64,000 nucleotides of DNA. Source: a bacterium. GTDB lineage: Bacteria; Krumholzibacteriota; Krumholzibacteriia; LZORAL124-64-63. Position numbers and translations under genes: made by a program. The DNA lies in contig JANOEP010000009.1 in the NCBI GenBank assembly GCA_031441465.1, forward strand, positions 64,001-128,000, written 5' to 3'. Positions 58,832-64,000 of this stretch are shown here, piece after piece (within the stretch, counting starts at the first letter, position 1; every line of letters starts with the position of its first letter). Under the pieces are notes generated by a model that was not told where the DNA came from, did not search any database, and saw nothing but the letters and a program-made list of their open reading frames with translations.

Positions 58832-59221
58832 CTACGCTCCCGATGACACAGGATCTTGAAAGGGCGCCGGCTCACCGTCATCGCCGAGGTTGACGTAGGT
58901 GACGTCGGCGCCGGTCACCTTCACGGCGCCGCCGTCGCGGCGCTCGGCTTCGACCTCGATGCGGATGGTGATGGACGTGCGGCCGGTCCGCTCGACTTCG
59001 GTGTAGAAGCTGACCAGGTCGCCGACCTGCACGGGGGCGTGGAAGACGACTTTTTCCATGGCGACGGTCACCACGCGACGGCAGCCGTGGCGGTGGGCGG
59101 CCACGGCGCCGGCCTGGTCGATGTGGCTGAGGATGACGCCGCCGAAGATCGTGCCGTGGGCGTTGGTGTCGCGCGGCATCATGAGCACGCGGATGGCGGG
59201 TTCGCGGCGGGTCGGGTTCAT
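58832..59221 (-). CDS. Acyl-CoA thioesterase (YciA-like hotdog fold)
   Basis: MPRDTNAHGTIFGG...DQAG...VVTV...PVQVGD...GRTSI. Confidence 0.92.
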   Translation of the reverse strand: MNPTRREPAIRVLMMPRDTNAHGTIFGGVILSHIDQAGAVAAHRHGCRRVVTVAMEKVVFHAPVQVGDLVSFYTEVERTGRTSITIRIEVEAERRDGGAVKVTGADVTYVNLGDDGEPAPFQDPVSSGA

Positions 59222-59261
59222 GCGCTTCCTTTCGGAACGCGGCGGCGCCGCCGCGGTGACG

Positions 59262-62200
59262 TCAGCCCTCGGCGCGGGGCGCCGGCTGGGGCTTACGGCG
59301 CTCGGCGTCGGCCGCTTCGATCATCAGGTCCACGGCGCGGTCGAGCTGCGGGTCGCGGCGGTGCAGGCGATCGGCCGGGGTCAGCGCGACCGGCACGTCC
59401 GGCACGCAGCCCGCCCCGTCGCGCTTGGCCTCCTGGGGGCGGCCGTTGCGCTCGAGGCGGCGCTCGTCGCCCCAGATCCACCAGCCGCGGAAGGGCAGGC
59501 GCACGAAGCCGCGGTAGCGGTTGTCGAAGGCGCCGGTGGAGATGACGTTGCCGCCGGTCTCGGCGCCGACCACCGGTCCGCGGCCGATGGTCTGCATCGC
59601 GTGGCTGAAGATCTCGGCGTTGGAGTAGCTGCCCTCGTTGCAGATCACGGCCACCGGCTTCGACCAGCGGGTGAAGGGCTGGCGCTCGGTCTGCGGGTAG
59701 CCGACCTCCCCGCCGCGGCTGATCGTGAACGCGTGCACCGGCTGCGTCAGGATCGTCAGCAGCAGGTCGGTGGTCCAGCCGCCGCCGTTGTCCCTCACGT
59801 CGATGACGAGCGCCTCCTTGCCGTCGGCGGCGGCGAACAGTTCCTGCTGGAAGCGCTCGACCTCGCCGAGGCCCATGCCCTGGATGTGCACGTAGCCGAC
59901 GCGGCCGCCGCTGCGCTGTTCGGCGCTGCCGCGCCGCTCGCGCTCGGTCGCGAGGTACTGCAGCTGGCGCTCGTCGGCCCACTTCTGGGGCACGACCTGG
60001 AATTCGAGCTGCTCGCGCCCGCGACGCGCCGCGAGCCACAGCGGGACGCCGGCGCCGTTCTCCAGCGCGGCCTCCAGGCTCGCGTCGCGGCCGACGGGGC
60101 GGCCGTCGACGGACAGCAGCAGATCGCCCGGCTGCAGGCGGGCGCGCTCGCGGTCGCAGGGGCCGTTGCGCAGGACGCGGGCCACCTTCAGACCCTCGCC
60201 GTCGTGGGCGGGATCGAACTCCAGGCCGAGGCAGCCGTCGTCGCCGTAGTTGCCGATCGGCTCCCAGCCGGGACGGTAGCCCATGTGGCTGGCGTTCAGC
60301 TCGCCGAGCATGAGGTTCATGACGTCGCCGAAGTCCGTGTCGTGGGCCACGCCCTGGACCCAGGCGGCGTACTTGCCGCGCAGGCGGGGCCAGTCCGCGC
60401 CGTGCATGCCGGGGTCGTAGAAGCGGTCGCGCAGGGTGCGCCAGGCTTCGTCCATGACACGCAGCCGCACGGCCGGACGGTCGATCGTCAGGCGCGCGGT
60501 GAAGCTCACGGTCTCGGTCTTGCCCCCCTCGGCCGGCGTCGTGGCCGGCTTGCCGCCCTTGAGGTAGGTGAAGGTCTTGCCCTTGGCGTCCAGGCGGAGG
60601 CGGCGGGGTTTCGCGTCGCCCTCGGTCACGGCCTGGCGGTCCTCGCCGAAGCGGTCCACCGACCAGAGGTCGCTCGCCTCGCCCCGTTGCGCCAGGAAGT
60701 AGACCCGGTCGCCGTGGGGCTCGGCGGCCACGGGCATCTCGCTGTCCGGCAGGTTCGTGAGGCGGCGGCCGCGCAGGTGGATGTCCTGGAAGTCGACGGC
60801 GACGACGACCGCGTCCTTGGCCTTTTCCTTTTCCTTGTCCTTGTCCTTGTCGCCGTCCTTCTCCTTGTCGGCGTCCTTCTTCTTGTCGTCGCGCGACTTC
60901 TGCTCGATCTCCCACTCCTCGCGCGTGCGCTCGTGGTCGGCGAGGGTGAGGTAGAGCATGTAGACGTCGTGGTCGCGGTCGCCGGGGTCGTGGGCGTGGC
61001 GCGTCGTGGACCAGAAGAGCTGGCGGCCGTCCGGCGACCAGACCGGGTTCTCGTCGTAGGCGGGATGGCGCGTGACGTTCACGGCCTCGCCCCCGTCGGC
61101 GGGCACGAGCCAGATGTCCGAGTTGTCGTCGCGATCGGCGCGCCCGATCGCGAGCCAGCGGCCGTCGGGCGACCAGGCGAAGGAGTCCAGGTTCCAGTGG
61201 CGGGCGAGCGTCCGGTCGCCGGACCCGTCGGCCTGCATGACGTGCAGGTCGCCGAGGCCGCGCACGTAGGCGATGCGGCGGCCGTCGGGCGACCAGGCGG
61301 CGCGGCCGCAGGGCACCTCGTCATCCTGGCCGGCGCCACCGGTCAGGCGCACCAGTTCCTGGCGGCGGGCCCGGCGCGGCAGCGGCTCGCCGGAATCGCC
61401 CGAGACCAGCAGGTAGACGGCGTCCTCGCCGTCGCGGTCGCTGACCAGCAGCAGGGTGTCGGCGCCGCCGGGCCGGAACGAGGGCGCCTGCTCGAGCGAC
61501 GGGCCGGGCACCGCCACGGCGGCGCGGCCGCCCTGCTGGCGGTTCAGCAGGACGATCTCGCCGGCGATCGTCAGCGCGAGTTCGTCGCCGTCGTCGGCGA
61601 CGGCGAGGTCGTCGGCGTCCGCGGTCTTCGACTCGACGACCACCCGGTTCTCGATCTGGTCGGCGGCCACGCCGATCGCGAGGCGGCGGGGCTCGCCGGC
61701 GCCGGGTTCGAACACGTAGAGGTCCGTGCCGCGCTCCAGGACCAGACGGCGGCCGGCCATGCCGAGCGAGGCGGCGCGCACGCCGTCCCCCTCGAAGAAG
61801 GTCAGCTGGCGCTTGTCGGCGCCGTCGGGCCCCATGGTCCAGACGTTGGCGGTCAGGGCCGCGTCCTGGTCCGACAGCCAATAGATCCGGCCGTCGGGGG
61901 CCGTCATGGGGTTGGAGTCGTAGCCGCGGTTGGCGGTCAGGGGCGCCGGATCGCCGCCGCGCGTCCAGGTATGCAGTTCCCGCTGGTAGGTGCCGCGGTA
62001 GCGCATGCGCCCGCCGCCGGTGCTGCCCTCGGCGTAGACGAAGGTGCGGCCGTCGGCGGTGGCGACCTCGTCGGCGAAGACGTCGACGAGTCGGACCGGC
62101 GTGCCGCCGGTCACCGGCACGGCGTGGATCTGGGGCGACATCGGGTAGTCGAACAGTCGCCGCGAGGTGAAGTAGACGGTGCGGCCGTCCGGCGAGAAGG

Positions 62201-62546
62201 CGCGCGGGATGTCGCCGGTGCCGGCGTAGGTGAGGCGGGTCGGCGGGCCGCCGTCCAGGGGCATGACGAACACGTCGTCGTCGCCGAACCGGTTGGAGGC
62301 GAAGGCCAGGCTGAGGCCGTCGGGCGCGAAGACGGGCGCCGTGTCGTAGGCCTGGTGGGCGGTCAGGCGGACCGCCTCGCCGCCCTGCGCCGAAACGCGC
62401 CACAGGTCGCCCTGGAAGCCGAAGACGACCGTGGCGCCGTCGGGGCTGAGCGCCGGGCTGCGCGGCATGAACACCTCGGCCGCGCGGGCGGTCGGGGCAG
62501 CGAGAACCAGCAGGACGGCCACCGCAGCCGCATACTTCGACGTCAT
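59262..62546 (-). CDS. Tricorn-like S41 peptidase (PD40 propellers, PDZ, S41 catalytic domain)
   Basis: PALSPDG, GDLW, FYDPGMHGADW, MLGELNASH, GYVHI, IDVRDNGGG and SYSNAEIF. Confidence 0.92.
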   Translation of the reverse strand: MTSKYAAAVAVLLVLAAPTARAAEVFMPRSPALSPDGATVVFGFQGDLWRVSAQGGEAVRLTAHQAYDTAPVFAPDGLSLAFASNRFGDDDVFVMPLDGGPPTRLTYAGTGDIPRAFSPDGRTVYFTSRRLFDYPMSPQIHAVPVTGGTPVRLVDVFADEVATADGRTFVYAEGSTGGGRMRYRGTYQRELHTWTRGGDPAPLTANRGYDSNPMTAPDGRIYWLSDQDAALTANVWTMGPDGADKRQLTFFEGDGVRAASLGMAGRRLVLERGTDLYVFEPGAGEPRRLAIGVAADQIENRVVVESKTADADDLAVADDGDELALTIAGEIVLLNRQQGGRAAVAVPGPSLEQAPSFRPGGADTLLLVSDRDGEDAVYLLVSGDSGEPLPRRARRQELVRLTGGAGQDDEVPCGRAAWSPDGRRIAYVRGLGDLHVMQADGSGDRTLARHWNLDSFAWSPDGRWLAIGRADRDDNSDIWLVPADGGEAVNVTRHPAYDENPVWSPDGRQLFWSTTRHAHDPGDRDHDVYMLYLTLADHERTREEWEIEQKSRDDKKKDADKEKDGDKDKDKEKEKAKDAVVVAVDFQDIHLRGRRLTNLPDSEMPVAAEPHGDRVYFLAQRGEASDLWSVDRFGEDRQAVTEGDAKPRRLRLDAKGKTFTYLKGGKPATTPAEGGKTETVSFTARLTIDRPAVRLRVMDEAWRTLRDRFYDPGMHGADWPRLRGKYAAWVQGVAHDTDFGDVMNLMLGELNASHMGYRPGWEPIGNYGDDGCLGLEFDPAHDGEGLKVARVLRNGPCDRERARLQPGDLLLSVDGRPVGRDASLEAALENGAGVPLWLAARRGREQLEFQVVPQKWADERQLQYLATERERRGSAEQRSGGRVGYVHIQGMGLGEVERFQQELFAAADGKEALVIDVRDNGGGWTTDLLLTILTQPVHAFTISRGGEVGYPQTERQPFTRWSKPVAVICNEGSYSNAEIFSHAMQTIGRGPVVGAETGGNVISTGAFDNRYRGFVRLPFRGWWIWGDERRLERNGRPQEAKRDGAGCVPDVPVALTPADRLHRRDPQLDRAVDLMIEAADAERRKPQPAPRAEG

Positions 62547-62727
62547 CGATCGCCTCCAGGAAGGGCGTGGGTTCGGCCGGAAACCGGGGCCGGCGGCGCC
62601 GGTTGCCGGGCATCGTAGCCGCGGTCCGCTCCGGAGGGCAACCTTCCGGTCGAGAAAGTTGTGGGCCGATCGCGTAAGACGCATGATGACAACGAGATGT
62701 TTCGGCGGTAAATTTCCGGCCTCCATC

Positions 62728-62756
62728 TTGACATTTCCCTGGAACGCCGTCACATT
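62728..62756 (+). promoter_or_regulatory. Probable sigma70 promoter for the acidic protein/agmatinase
   Basis: TTGACA-17nt-CACATT in the divergent intergenic region. Confidence 0.5.
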
Positions 62757-62868
62757 ATGGCCCTCGATTCGGCGACCCGGTCCCCCGGTGCCTGGTCGGC
62801 GCCGCCTCGCGCCATTGGCCGCGGCACCGATCCTGCATCGTGCAACGAGCGACGAGGAGTGGGCTTCG

Positions 62869-63165
62869 ATGCCTCACCGTCACCGGCGCAGCCCCGGAGA
62901 TAGCGATCCCGAGGCCAAGCCTCCGATCAAGCGCAAGCGTCTCGGGACAGAGCGCCCGTCACGCGAGCCGGAAGTTCCGTTCTACAACCGACGCACCCCA
63001 CGCGATGGGAGGGACCCGATGAAGAACGACTGGAACAACGACGAGACCATCGAACTCGAGGACGACGATCTGGAAGAGGACGACGACCTCGAAGAGGACG
63101 AGGACTTCGACGACGACGAGGACTTCGAAGAGGACGACGTCGAGGAAGCGGACGACGACAGTTGA
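62869..63165 (+). CDS. Small protein with basic N-half and long Asp/Glu tract
   Basis: GAGGAG RBS; MPHRHRRS...KRKR...ELEDDDLEEDDDLEEDEDFDDDEDFEEDDVEEADDDS. An alternative start exists at 63019. Confidence 0.65.
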   Translation: MPHRHRRSPGDSDPEAKPPIKRKRLGTERPSREPEVPFYNRRTPRDGRDPMKNDWNNDETIELEDDDLEEDDDLEEDEDFDDDEDFEEDDVEEADDDS

Positions 63166-64000
63166 CGTGGCCGCTGCATGACGATCCCGGGGCGTTCGGG
63201 GGCCTCCCGGAACGCCCCGTTCCGGATCACTGCCGCTTTGCGGTGCTCCCGATCCCCTACGACGGCACCTCCACGTGGCGCAAGGGCGCCGACCGCGGCC
63301 CCGACGCCCTGCTCGCGGCTTCGGCGAACATGGAACTTTACGACATCGAGACCGCCGGCGAGCCGTGGCGAGCCGGCATCGTCACGATGGCGCCGGTGCT
63401 GCACGACGGCCCGCCCGAGGGCATGGTGGCGAAGGTCCGCGCCGCGGCCGACGACCTGCTGGACCGCGGTCTCACCGTGGTCGGGCTCGGCGGCGAGCAC
63501 TCCGTGAGCATCGGCCTGATCCAGGCCCACGCGGCGCGCCACCCCGGGCTGACGGTCCTGCAGTTCGACGCGCACGGCGACACCCGCGACACATACGAGG
63601 GCTCGCCCAACAACCACGCCTGCGTCATGGCGCGGGCGGCCGAAGTCGCCGACTATGTGCAGGTCGGCATCCGCAGCCTCGACGCCGCCGAGGCGCCGAA
63701 GCTCCGCCCCGGCCGCACCTTCTTCGCCCACGAGATCGGCGAAGGGTACGATTTCATCCCGGCGGTGGTCGAACGCCTGTCCGGCCCGGTCTACGTGACC
63801 GTCGACCTGGACGTTTTCGATCCGGGGATCATGCCGTCGACCGGCACCCCCGAGCCCGGCGGCCTCTCCTACCGGCAGGTCGTCCGCACCCTGGCCGCGG
63901 TGGCGCGCAGCCGCCGCATCGTCGGCTTCGACGTGGTCGAGCTGCTGCCCGACCCCCGCAACCCCGGCCCGGATTTCCTGGCGGCGCGCCTGGCCTACCA
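63162..64000 (+). CDS. speB: Agmatinase (ureohydrolase), truncated by window edge
   Basis: Manual translation from TTG 63162: ...PIPYDGTSTWRKGADRGP...LGGEHSV...QFDAHGD...QVGIRS...VDLDVFDP...STGTPEPGG...FDVVEL. Not in the ORF track. Confidence 0.92.
   Translation, partial: MTWPLHDDPGAFGGLPERPVPDHCRFAVLPIPYDGTSTWRKGADRGPDALLAASANMELYDIETAGEPWRAGIVTMAPVLHDGPPEGMVAKVRAAADDLLDRGLTVVGLGGEHSVSIGLIQAHAARHPGLTVLQFDAHGDTRDTYEGSPNNHACVMARAAEVADYVQVGIRSLDAAEAPKLRPGRTFFAHEIGEGYDFIPAVVERLSGPVYVTVDLDVFDPGIMPSTGTPEPGGLSYRQVVRTLAAVARSRRIVGFDVVELLPDPRNPGPDFLAARLAY

Noticed and set aside
60815..60900. Lys/Asp/Glu low-complexity tract in the tricorn-like protease
   Set aside because: Charged linkers at this position are common in this family.

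Overview
High-GC bacterial chromosomal window. FlgD-type C-terminal domains, a PorV-like barrel and a C-terminal 'WGxVKxxY' motif point to an FCB-group lineage such as Ca. Krumholzibacteriota/Latescibacterota (inference). In order it holds: an RND efflux operon cut by the left edge; a DUF2723 membrane protein; alkaline phosphatase; a choice-of-anchor-E-like protein; a B12-radical SAM enzyme; a MacAB-like ABC exporter; a complete hdrCBA-flxDCBA cluster with a FlxD-FlxC fusion; a Ser/Thr kinase-TPR protein; an alcohol dehydrogenase; a sigma54 two-component locus flanked by two secreted DxDGDG/Gly-rich proteins and an outer-membrane barrel; a MerR-like HTH + VIT/vWA pair; a giant surface protein (~3070 aa) / PorV-like barrel-TPR / HAMP-HD-GYP operon; housekeeping genes (S9 peptidase, glnS, bcp, xth); two tandem Omp28-FlgD paralogs; a thioesterase; a tricorn-like protease; a very acidic small protein; and agmatinase cut by the right edge. 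I saw no rRNA, tRNA, CRISPR array or mobile element. The best candidates for undescribed systems are: (1) the sigma54 module, where two promoters and a shared tandem palindromic activator site can be read directly; (2) the giant adhesin-PorV/TPR-HD-GYP operon; (3) the WGxVK C-terminal putative sorting signal. All family calls come from motif recognition by eye; no database search was run.
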